DNA from: Patescibacteria group bacterium
Lineage (GTDB): Bacteria; Patescibacteriota; Patescibacteriia; SBBC01; CAIJZX01
DNA: 64,000 nt
Reading direction: 5' to 3'
Assembly: GCA_038065275.1 (NCBI GenBank)
Contig: JBBTRH010000012.1
Location: 14,374-78,373 of the forward strand
The number at the start of each line of letters is the position of its first letter. Position 1 is the first letter of the stretch. Of the stretch, positions 1 through 8,738 are shown piece by piece. Position numbers and translations under genes: made by a program. A model generated the notes under the pieces. That model was not told the origin of the DNA. It worked only from the letters and a program-made list of their open reading frames with translations, and searched no databases.

Positions 1-1
1 A

Positions 2-124
2 ACTCAACGTTTAACGGCCTGGCCATATGGCCTGAACATCCTGATAGCCCTGGTGGTCATGTGCTACTGGGCCCGTCAACCGAAAACGATCGTCGAGTAT
101 CGATACTCGGGATCACCTGATTGA
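2..124 (+). CDS. partial C-terminus of hypothetical membrane protein
   Basis: Open frame from window edge ...YGLNILIALVVMCYWARQPK...SPD*, one hydrophobic segment. Confidence 0.4.
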   Translation, partial: TQRLTAWPYGLNILIALVVMCYWARQPKTIVEYRYSGSPD

Positions 125-140
125 ACAACAGTCAGGTTTT

Positions 141-2864
141 TTATACGGACGCCGCTTTCTCGACTCGAATAATACCACCCGGCTCAAGCACCGCCACGTC
201 GCGGCGACCGAGCTTCCCCTGGAGCATGGATTGGGCCAGGGCATTGTCGACGTGCTCTTGGACCGCGCGGCGGAGCGGCCGGGCGCCGAACAGCGGGTCA
301 AAACCGCTGATCGCCAACTCGGCCATCGCTTCCGGCGTCGCCCGGAAGGTGATCCCTTTCCGCCCCAGGCGGTCAGTAATGTCGTTCATCATCAAGCCGA
401 CGATCTTGTTCACCTCGATCGGGCTGAGCGGCGTGAAGACGATAATCGAATCGAAACGGTTGAGGAACTCCGGACGGAAATACTGGCTGAGCTCGCGATT
501 AATCAGCTCATCCTTAATGGTCGAGAGGGCCGCCCCGTCCCGCATCCGGTCTTGAATATGCTGGGTACCGGCGTTCGAAGTGGCAATCAGGATGACATTA
601 GTGAAATCGATCGTCCGGCCGTTGCCGTCGGTCAACCGGCCGTCGTCCATCACCTGAAGAAAGACGTTGAGCACATCGGGGTGGGCTTTTTCGAGTTCAT
701 CGAGCAAGACTAAGGAGAATGGCCGCTGGCGGACCGCTTCAGTCAGGTAGCCGGCGCTCGATCCGGCGTAGCCCGGCGGCGCGCCAATCAGGCGGTGGAT
801 ACTGGCCACGTCTTGATACTCGGACATGTCGAGCCGAATCATAACCTCTTCCGACCCGAAGTACACGGCCGCCACGGTTTTGGCCAGTTCGGTTTTTCCG
901 ACGCCGGTCGGACCGAGAAAAAGCAGGTTAGCGATCGGCCGCTTATTGTCTCTTAGCTCGGCCCGGGCGCGGCGCAAGGCGTTAGCCACCGCTTTGACCG
1001 CTTCGTCCTGGCCGACGACCCGCCGGTGCAGTTCCTCTTCGAGATGAAGCAACTTGCCCTGTTCATCGCTCGTCACGGCGGTGGCTTTAACGTGGCCTTG
1101 CTCGGAAACGATAGTCGCCACGTCCTCGCCGACGACCAGGCCGTTCGGTCCGCGTGACTTCCGGGCCAGGACCGCGGCTTGCTCAAGCACATCGAGGGCC
1201 GAGCCTGGTAGCGGCCGCTCATGCAAGTACCGCCGGGTCAGCTCGACCGCTTTATCAATCGCTTCCAGGGTAAAGTACACCTGATGATGAGCTTCCAATG
1301 GGCCGAGGCGCGATTCGATGACTACTAGCGCCTGCTCCGGCGGCATCTCGTTGACTTCAACTTTCTCGAAGGCCGACAATAACGGCCCGTGTTCTAGGGC
1401 CCGGCGGTAACTGGCTGGATCGGTCGTCCCGATCGCCAGAAAAGCATGTTGTTCCAGCTCCTGGGCGACCATCTGGGCCGCGTCCAGTCCTTGGCCGCCG
1501 GTACTCGAAATCCCGACCAGTTGATCGATGTTCTCGATCACTAGAATGATATTCCCCGAGCGGATGATTTCGTTTAATATTGCTTCCAGGCGCTGTTCGA
1601 GCTGACCCGACCCGGCCACCAACGCCGCGGCCGACAGGGCCACCAGGCGTTTGTCCTGTAGCGGTTCGGGCACGTCTTCGGCGGCCATCCGCTCGGCCAG
1701 CGCATACAACAGGTATGTTTTACCCACCCCGCCATCGCCGACCAGCATCACGCTTCGCCGGCCGCTCTCCATGATCCGGAATATCGTCTGCAACTCCTCG
1801 TCGCGCCCGACCACATAGGGTAGGCGGTTGCGGCTGGCGCGGAGCGTCAAATCAACGCTATATCGATCAAGCGTCGGCGTGGCCGCGGCCACGTAGCCGC
1901 GGTCGATGGCGCCCTGGGGTTTATTTGCGGCCCGCCGGAGGTACGACCGGACGCGCCGGCGAAGGTCTTCCTGCACCAGTAGCCAAGCGGTGGCCTGTTC
2001 CAGGCGGCGGACATCAACGCTGAACTCGTCCAACAACTCGCGAGCCGGATCATCGACCGTGCCCATGGCCGCCAGGAGGTAGGCCGGGGTGAGGCGCGAC
2101 CGGCGGTCCGCGGCGGCCAATCGGAAAGCGCGGGCCAAAAGTTCGCGGCTGGCGGCGGTAAAGACCGGGACTGCCGACATGGCCGGCAACTGTCCGACTA
2201 GCTGGTCGATGTGTTGGCGAAGTTCAGAGGCCGGAACCATCAGCCGGACGAGCATGCTCTCGACCTCCCGGGTGGCGCTCAGGGCGGCCAGGAGATGCAA
2301 GGGGCTCAACCCTTCGCGCCGGTGGCCTTTGGCCATCCGCCAGGCATGTTCGATCACCCGGAGCGTCGCTTCGTTACTAACGGCGGCAATATCGCCCATC
2401 GACTGCTCATTCCAGTCCGGAGCCGGCGGGTCCGCCGGCGTCGCCGTCGGAATGGTCGGGAACATCGTCAGGTCGCGTTCGAGCCGGTAGACGAGGTACA
2501 TGGCGCAGAGCAACCCCAGCCACAGCACGGCCATCGGCCAGCTGGGCGTCAGCAGGACATTCCAGACCTCGCCGTCAGCGATCGCTTCGAACAGACGCCG
2601 GCCGCCGAAGAACAGTCCGGTCAAAGCGAACACGAATATCAGGGCGGACAGCAAGCTTTTGACGGTGCGCTCCAGGTGACGTTCGAGAATCGACTGGGTG
2701 GAGATCGGATGCAACCACGACCACCACCGGCCGGCCCACCAGACCGCTACCCCTACCCCATGGCAGGTCGGGCAACCGACCAGCGCGCCGCGTTGGTTCT
2801 TAAGACCGCCGAATCCCTGGCAGGTCGGGCATTTCTCCACGAGTTCGGCGGGCGGTGCATCCAT
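141..2864 (-). CDS. Clp/Hsp100 AAA+ ATPase with N-terminal CxxCxGxG zinc finger and transmembrane segments
   Basis: Walker A GDGGVGKT and GPTGVGKT, RLDMSEY, LLDELEKAH, FRPEFLNR, FGARPLRR; Clp-N repeats. Confidence 0.92.
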   Translation of the reverse strand: MDAPPAELVEKCPTCQGFGGLKNQRGALVGCPTCHGVGVAVWWAGRWWSWLHPISTQSILERHLERTVKSLLSALIFVFALTGLFFGGRRLFEAIADGEVWNVLLTPSWPMAVLWLGLLCAMYLVYRLERDLTMFPTIPTATPADPPAPDWNEQSMGDIAAVSNEATLRVIEHAWRMAKGHRREGLSPLHLLAALSATREVESMLVRLMVPASELRQHIDQLVGQLPAMSAVPVFTAASRELLARAFRLAAADRRSRLTPAYLLAAMGTVDDPARELLDEFSVDVRRLEQATAWLLVQEDLRRRVRSYLRRAANKPQGAIDRGYVAAATPTLDRYSVDLTLRASRNRLPYVVGRDEELQTIFRIMESGRRSVMLVGDGGVGKTYLLYALAERMAAEDVPEPLQDKRLVALSAAALVAGSGQLEQRLEAILNEIIRSGNIILVIENIDQLVGISSTGGQGLDAAQMVAQELEQHAFLAIGTTDPASYRRALEHGPLLSAFEKVEVNEMPPEQALVVIESRLGPLEAHHQVYFTLEAIDKAVELTRRYLHERPLPGSALDVLEQAAVLARKSRGPNGLVVGEDVATIVSEQGHVKATAVTSDEQGKLLHLEEELHRRVVGQDEAVKAVANALRRARAELRDNKRPIANLLFLGPTGVGKTELAKTVAAVYFGSEEVMIRLDMSEYQDVASIHRLIGAPPGYAGSSAGYLTEAVRQRPFSLVLLDELEKAHPDVLNVFLQVMDDGRLTDGNGRTIDFTNVILIATSNAGTQHIQDRMRDGAALSTIKDELINRELSQYFRPEFLNRFDSIIVFTPLSPIEVNKIVGLMMNDITDRLGRKGITFRATPEAMAELAISGFDPLFGARPLRRAVQEHVDNALAQSMLQGKLGRRDVAVLEPGGIIRVEKAASV

Positions 2865-2868
2865 ACCG

Positions 2869-3243
2869 TCAGCGCAACGGAACGAGTTGACGAATCAGCA
2901 TGGCGGCGCTGATAATTGGCCCCAGCACCCAGGCCAGCAGGGCCACCAACTCGACCACCGTCCAACACCCAAGGGCAATCAGCCGCGCCGCTAAGATAAA
3001 AATGCGGAAAAAGAAACTGATGGCGCGGCCGCTCCGAGTGTAGTCGCCGTACATGGGCTTGCCCATCGTCCGGAGCAAGATGACAATGCTCAGCCGGTTG
3101 ACCAGGCCGAACCACTGTCGGATCAGCGTCCGTCCGGTTAACGCCAAGCCGTGGGTGTACCACCAGACGGGAAAATACAAAACTTCACCTACCAGCTCGC
3201 GGAGGATGAAGAGCGTGGCACGAGCAGTCGTTGATTGGGCCAT
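2869..3243 (-). CDS. small membrane protein upstream of Clp ATPase
   Basis: ORF from MAQSTT, YFPVWWY motif, hydrophobic C-terminus, stop 4 nt before clp start. Confidence 0.7.
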   Translation of the reverse strand: MAQSTTARATLFILRELVGEVLYFPVWWYTHGLALTGRTLIRQWFGLVNRLSIVILLRTMGKPMYGDYTRSGRAISFFFRIFILAARLIALGCWTVVELVALLAWVLGPIISAAMLIRQLVPLR

Positions 3244-3390
3244 GGTTTGTGGGGGTGGTTTGAGCGCCTGTATTCTACCATTTTTTTGGCCGGGCGCAAT
3301 GCGGTTCGAAATGAGAAGCGCCGCCTCGAGTATCATTCAAGAGGCGGCGCTAATCCAAGGAGCGACCGGAAGCCATCATGGCCTTTCCTT

Positions 3391-3777
3391 TTATGGAGGG
3401 GGCAGGGGGGTAGCGGCGATGATGCAGGCGGGCGGCAATCGGAACTCGTGTTTTTCACCGCCGCCAGTCGGACCGTCGACGATGCCGTACGTCTCGACAC
3501 CATCGAAAACTAGAATTGCCTTGAGCCATCCTGACCGCGGCGGCAGTACAGATTTCCGCAGGTGAGCGGGCAACTGCTGTCGAATCTGTTCCTCCTTCAG
3601 CTCCTGGAGAGTCCGGAACAGCACCGGCGAATTGACCGTCAACCGTCGGATCTTGATTCCACCATTGCCGTTCTCCCGGATCTCCACTGTCTCTCCGCCC
3701 AGGGCGATCCGGTGCTCAGGATGGCCTTTCTGGTACCGCTCCAGCACCTGCCGTAGCTCATCACTAAGATACACCAT
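3391..3777 (-). CDS. hypothetical protein
   Basis: ATG preceded by GGAGGTG Shine-Dalgarno. Confidence 0.6.
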   Translation of the reverse strand: MVYLSDELRQVLERYQKGHPEHRIALGGETVEIRENGNGGIKIRRLTVNSPVLFRTLQELKEEQIRQQLPAHLRKSVLPPRSGWLKAILVFDGVETYGIVDGPTGGGEKHEFRLPPACIIAATPLPPP

Positions 3778-3872
3778 GTGGTTCACCTCCCTTCGGGTCG
3801 GGAGCCATGAATGCCGGTTTGGGAAAGAGCGCCGGGTTGGCTCCACGGTACACCCAGGCCAGGCGTTGTCAA

Positions 3873-3973
3873 CCCCGTTAGAGGCGAATGCTGGCACTGG
3901 AAAAAACGGTTGATTTCCCAGCACCCTGATTGACATCAGTTAGGCCGGCAAACAAAGCTCGCCTCTAACGGGG
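3873..3973. mobile_element. MITE-like TIR element, family A
   Basis: TIR CCCCGTTAGAGGCGA/TCGCCTCTAACGGGG, flanked by TCAA direct repeats. Confidence 0.7.
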
Positions 3974-4073
3974 TCAAGCTTGACAACCGACGGGTGTCAG
4001 CGCAGGATAGCGGCACGTCACTCCCGCCCTTTACATCACCCTCCCGCCAACGGCGAGAAGAAAGGACGCGCTA

Positions 4074-4877
4074 TTGACCTGGCTCAACTCTGGTTCGTGG
4101 GTGACGATCGGCGTCATCCTTTTCCTGTGTTTCATCGTCGCTCGGGCGGCGGCTAAGTTTCTGCCCGGCCTCGTCCGTAGCTTATTGGCCAAGCAAGACT
4201 TGGTCGAACGGTACGGCTGGGCCGGGCGCGCCTTCAAGTATCAACGGCTTGTCCCGTGGGTTGACCGGATTCCTATCTCCGCCGACCAGATGACCTGGTT
4301 GCGACTGGGCCTGGTCGGTGGAAGCCTGCTCTGTTTTCGCTTCCAGCTCGATCCGTACATCCTGCCGTTGTACATCATTGGTTGGTTGACCGACTACACC
4401 GATGGTCTTAAAGCCGGCGCTGAAGAACGGCGCCGCGGGCGTCCGACTCGACATGGGAAGTACCTCGACCCGACGATTGACCTGATCTGCTTCACGCTCA
4501 TGGCGGTCGTCCTGGGGCCGTACTACCCGCGCCGACTGTTGATCGCTTTCGCGGTCGCGATTGGCGCCCGGGTCCTCCTGTTCGCCGTCATCTTGGTCGG
4601 ACGACTGTGCCGGCCAACCTGGCGCCGGCGGCTGTCGTCAAACATCTTGCCGAAGACCATCACCGGCGAGGCCAAAGCCGCATTCATCGCCGTCAGTTTC
4701 GGACTGATCATGTTTAGCCGCACGGACCCGACGAATCTGTTCTGGGCCGGCCGGCTGTTGACCATGGCAATCGTCCTCGAGGGCTTCAGCTTGACTCATT
4801 TGGCGCGCCAAGCCTGGCGATCCATCTACGGTCGGCCTCAGCTGTCCATCGTCCCCGCCGATGATCGAACGGGGTAA
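4074..4877 (+). CDS. CDP-alcohol phosphatidyltransferase family protein
   Basis: DxxDGxxA...GxxLDxxxD motif (TDYTDGLKAG...HGKYLDPTID), multiple TM segments. Confidence 0.8.
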   Translation: MTWLNSGSWVTIGVILFLCFIVARAAAKFLPGLVRSLLAKQDLVERYGWAGRAFKYQRLVPWVDRIPISADQMTWLRLGLVGGSLLCFRFQLDPYILPLYIIGWLTDYTDGLKAGAEERRRGRPTRHGKYLDPTIDLICFTLMAVVLGPYYPRRLLIAFAVAIGARVLLFAVILVGRLCRPTWRRRLSSNILPKTITGEAKAAFIAVSFGLIMFSRTDPTNLFWAGRLLTMAIVLEGFSLTHLARQAWRSIYGRPQLSIVPADDRTG

Positions 4878-4967
4878 TGGTGGAACCCCGCATCCGTCCC
4901 GCCCGTCCGGCGGGGCTGGTGCGTGGGACTGAACCTTCACGACCACGTCATTGACGCGGTCGTTTTC

Positions 4968-6974
4968 TTATGGCGCCGCGATCACCACGCCTTGACCGCT
5001 GACGGTCGGGTCGGACGGCAGGTCAGTCGTCAGCGTGGCCGCCGGGCTGGACAGCGCCTTGGCCGTGAAGCTGTCGGTGGCGGTGGCGGTCGCTGTTTCG
5101 ATTAGGATCGGGACGGTGCCGACCTGTTCGGCGGTTGGCGTAATCGCCAAGTCAAAGCGGGCCGTCAAAGCCGGCAGTCGTCCGCCGGTGCCGGCCGGGA
5201 CGGTGTTTAGCGTCCAACGGACGGTCCGGCTCGTCGGATCGAAGGTTAAATCGCCGGCATCACGGCTGAGGTTCTGACCGGTCCACAGCACGCTGGTCGG
5301 AATCCGGGCGCTGACCACCAGGGTCGCGGCGTCGCTGGTGCTGTCCGTCACCGTCCAGGTGACGCGGTAGGTGGTCGTCTTCCCGACCACCGGCGGCACC
5401 GGCCCGCTACCGACCGCTTGGCCCGGCGCCTCGTAGTACCGCGCGGCGGCGGCCAGTTGGAGCACCGTCGCCAGCTTGGTCACCACCACCGTACTCGGTT
5501 GACCGCCGCGATTAGCGTTGGTCGTCAAGCTCGGGGCGGTCACATCGATGCTAGCTGTCACCTTCGGATCGCGGTCAGCGTCAGTCTTAACCGCCAGATT
5601 CGGCAACGTACCGACGGCAAAGCTCAAGGTCACGGACTGGTTCGGTTTAAGGTTAGCCAGCGCGGCAACTTGGTCCTTGGTCCAAGTCAAAACGTTCGAC
5701 TTGACCGCCGCTTGGCTGTCATTCGCCAACTTGGACAGGTCGAGGGCCGCGCCGTCGAGCTTAACGGTGACCGTGGCTTGAGTGATTTCCAGGTCGCTAG
5801 CGTTGGTCACGCGAATCGAGTAGTTGAGCGTCTCGCCCGGATCAATCACCGCCGGATCGGTACTGCCATTCACCGCCACGGTGGTCGTCACCCCGGTCTT
5901 GACCAGGATGACCAATAGCGATTGCTCGTCTTGGAGATCGACGGTGTTGGTGGCCGTCACCAGCCCGGCACTGACCTTGAGGGGGAACGAGTCGCCGAGG
6001 TTACCATCAATCGATCCGACCACGGTGATACTCCCTTGGACGCCTTTTTTCAGCTCCGGGAATTTCCAGACCGCCGACCGCTCCTGGGCCGCCGGATTCG
6101 TACTGGTGACCGTGAAGCCGTCGGGGTAGGCGGCCGTGATCTGGACGTTCTTCAGGTCGCGATCGGAAGTATTCGCGTACGTTGCCGTCCAAGTACCGGT
6201 CCCGCCGGGAGCCAGCTGGGTCGGGCCGGTGAATTGCAAGCTGAGAATCGAAGCGGTGATGGTCACCTGGCGACTGGCTTTGGTCTGGAAGTCGGAGTTA
6301 AAATTCGCCGGCCGGTACGTTAATGTCGCTCCGAAGTCACGGGCCTCGCCGACGGCGCCGATGATCGTCCCGCTGATCGTCGTCCGGCCCGCTTGACCGC
6401 TGCGGATCGTCCCCAAGGTGAAAGCGTTACGGAACTCGTTGGCCGCGGCCGGCTGCGACGTGGTGTAAGTAAATCCTGCGGGATACTCAACCGTCAATTC
6501 AGCATTCGTTAAGTCGACTGGTTCAAGATTCTGGTACTCGACGGTCACGGTCAAATTGCTCCCGGAAATGGCCGAGGTCACGGGCTGGAACTGCAGTTGG
6601 ACGTTATCGTTGGTAAAACGTTTAGCGCGGTTGAAAAAGAAAAAACCAGCCACGCTGACGACGGCCAAGAGGGCGATGATTCCGATCACCCAGCCCCAGG
6701 GGAAACCCCGTTTTGATTTGGTCAGGTGTTGCATCTCCTCCGACGGTTGGCGTTCAAGGACCCGCGATAAATCAGCTTCGCCTTCGCTCAGCGACGATCG
6801 CCGATGTTTCGGCTCAGTTTCCTCGCGGACCGGTATCCTCCGGCCGGGTACCCCTGATTCAGCCGACGCAACCGGAGCGTCGCCGTCGGTTTCCAGGGCC
6901 GCCACGAACTCCGCGATATCATCCTCGCTGTACTTGCCGGGCGGTTGTTTTGGTTCGCCTTTGTGTTTGGCCAT
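4968..6974 (-). CDS. membrane-anchored beta-rich surface protein (DUF11-like repeats)
   Basis: Single TM then repeated Thr/Val-rich modules (YPAGFTY, YPDGFTV, PGETLNYSIRVTN). Confidence 0.75.
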   Translation of the reverse strand: MAKHKGEPKQPPGKYSEDDIAEFVAALETDGDAPVASAESGVPGRRIPVREETEPKHRRSSLSEGEADLSRVLERQPSEEMQHLTKSKRGFPWGWVIGIIALLAVVSVAGFFFFNRAKRFTNDNVQLQFQPVTSAISGSNLTVTVEYQNLEPVDLTNAELTVEYPAGFTYTTSQPAAANEFRNAFTLGTIRSGQAGRTTISGTIIGAVGEARDFGATLTYRPANFNSDFQTKASRQVTITASILSLQFTGPTQLAPGGTGTWTATYANTSDRDLKNVQITAAYPDGFTVTSTNPAAQERSAVWKFPELKKGVQGSITVVGSIDGNLGDSFPLKVSAGLVTATNTVDLQDEQSLLVILVKTGVTTTVAVNGSTDPAVIDPGETLNYSIRVTNASDLEITQATVTVKLDGAALDLSKLANDSQAAVKSNVLTWTKDQVAALANLKPNQSVTLSFAVGTLPNLAVKTDADRDPKVTASIDVTAPSLTTNANRGGQPSTVVVTKLATVLQLAAAARYYEAPGQAVGSGPVPPVVGKTTTYRVTWTVTDSTSDAATLVVSARIPTSVLWTGQNLSRDAGDLTFDPTSRTVRWTLNTVPAGTGGRLPALTARFDLAITPTAEQVGTVPILIETATATATDSFTAKALSSPAATLTTDLPSDPTVSGQGVVIAAP

Positions 6975-6986
6975 ACGAGTGATAGT

Positions 6987-7745
6987 CTACCGCGCGATGC
7001 GGCTGTTTGGCAACTGCGCCAGGCGCACTACCGACCGCAACACCCCTTCGCTTTTCAATGGCCGGTCGAGCGTGTGGTGGAGAATTGATTCGACGAGCCG
7101 GCGCAGCGCGGCGAACATCTGACGGTCGTCAGCGCTGTTTCCGCCGCGAAGATAGGCGACGACTGACGGCTTGACGACTGCCGCCTCGGCCGACGCTTCG
7201 CGACGGTGGACAAACCCGGCCGCGGGATGAAACGCGACGTCGTCTGCGGTCAGCGGCTGGTGACAAACGGCGCACCGCTCAAGCGATGGCGCAAATCCCT
7301 GGTGACCGAGAATCAGCCAGGCCCGGCGGAGCAGCCGGAGCCAGCGTTGTCCGGCCGGCGCGTCGGTTTCTTCCGCCATGTCGGCCAGCATGCCGACGAC
7401 GAGGTCGTACAGCGCCGGATCATGCTGATTCGGTTTCGTCACCCGCTCGACGAGTTCGAGCAGCCATTGGGCCATTATCAAACTGACGACCTCCCGGCGC
7501 AGGCGATTGAAACGATTGAGAATGACGCTACCGGTGACGACATCGGTCACCCGACCGTTAGCCAGGGTGAGATCAACTTCCATCATCGGCTCCAGTGAGC
7601 CGCCCAATTTAGCCGTACTTTTTTTCGTCCCCCGCGCTCGAATGCGCATCTGGCCGTACTGCGGGGTCAAGACGACGATTATCCGATCGTGTTCGCGGTC
7701 GGTAGTATGACGCAGAATAAGTGCTTTGGTTCGAATTACCGACAT
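6987..7745 (-). CDS. recO: DNA repair protein RecO
   Basis: ALILR...EHDRIIVVLT..G...ARG.KK..AKLGGSLEP; GFAPSLERCAVC. Confidence 0.92.
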   Translation of the reverse strand: MSVIRTKALILRHTTDREHDRIIVVLTPQYGQMRIRARGTKKSTAKLGGSLEPMMEVDLTLANGRVTDVVTGSVILNRFNRLRREVVSLIMAQWLLELVERVTKPNQHDPALYDLVVGMLADMAEETDAPAGQRWLRLLRRAWLILGHQGFAPSLERCAVCHQPLTADDVAFHPAAGFVHRREASAEAAVVKPSVVAYLRGGNSADDRQMFAALRRLVESILHHTLDRPLKSEGVLRSVVRLAQLPNSRIAR

Positions 7746-7775
7746 AAAAAAAGTATAGCACGAAAGAAGAATCAA

Positions 7776-7880
7776 CCCCGTACCACAATACCAAAAATGT
7801 TGTTATCGATTTGGTTGCGGGTTTTTATCGGCAAATTTTGCATGAAGAAAAAATACCGCACCAATTATTGTGGTGCGGGG
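7776..7880. mobile_element. MITE-like TIR element (105 bp)
   Basis: TIR CCCCGTACCACAATA/TATTGTGGTGCGGGG; left flank TCAA, right flank TGGA. Confidence 0.55.
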
Positions 7881-7947
7881 TGGAGTGCCGCAGGATGAGC
7901 GCTTTAGTGCGGATGGCGGACATGGGTATAGTTTATCAAAAAGAAAG

Positions 7948-7977
7948 AGGGGCTATCCATAGTCATGGATAGCCCCC
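7948..7977 (-). terminator. intrinsic terminator
   Basis: GGGGCTATCCAT/ATGGATAGCCCC hairpin followed by T-rich tract on minus strand. Confidence 0.6.
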
Positions 7978-7994
7978 GGTGATTGTGCCAGCCG

Positions 7995-8573
7995 TTAGAC
8001 TGGCTTGCTGACGGCGGCGAAGCGCCAGATATCGGGCCACGTTGTGTTGAATGAGGCCTTGTAGAAGCGCCGATCCGACTCGTCCCCGCTGAGGCACGGG
8101 TGGTGGTGGTGGCCGTAGCCATCCAGGCACAAACACACTGAACCGAAAGCAACGATCGGGAACTGACGCTGGAGGTCGCGGGTCTTTAGATTCGCGCCGA
8201 GCGCGAGCAACTCCTCGATCTTAGCCGGACGGTAACCGTGCCGGAGGTCATTGTACACGTCGTCCTCGTCCATGGGGCGGTTGTAGTGGAACAACTTGAT
8301 GTCCACCTCGACCATGCCCGAGCCTTCCACCTGGAGGATGCGCTCGTCGGTGACGTCCGGGTCGGTCCAGTCGTACTGACCGGCCTCGATCATCGCCTTC
8401 AGGTTCTTGTCCCGATTCACCGTGACGCGGTAGACGGTGATGTCCGGGGCCAAGAGCTTGGCAATGGCCTCACCTACATCTACGCCCCGGAGGATGCCCT
8501 TGACGGCGGTCATACCACCGAGCTTGTTGATGAGAGCTTCGATCTGGCCGAGATTCAGGTCTCCGTACTTCAT
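7995..8573 (-). CDS. hypothetical protein resembling CPR DGR variable (CLec-like) proteins
   Basis: C-terminus FPIVAFGS...W...WRFAAV, NNC-rich terminal codons. Confidence 0.55.
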   Translation of the reverse strand: MKYGDLNLGQIEALINKLGGMTAVKGILRGVDVGEAIAKLLAPDITVYRVTVNRDKNLKAMIEAGQYDWTDPDVTDERILQVEGSGMVEVDIKLFHYNRPMDEDDVYNDLRHGYRPAKIEELLALGANLKTRDLQRQFPIVAFGSVCLCLDGYGHHHHPCLSGDESDRRFYKASFNTTWPDIWRFAAVSKPV

Positions 8574-8738
8574 GACGGGACTCCCTTCTGGCTGTTTGCC
8601 AAAAGCTTTGCCTCTGCCCGAGGTCGAGGGACTCGTCTCGCCTTGAGACAAGCATTCGAGGCGCCACCATGGCGCGCCAAATGCTTGTTTCAAGGTTTCC
8701 GCAAGTTATTGTAAAGAACAAAGGAGCATAGCACCTCT

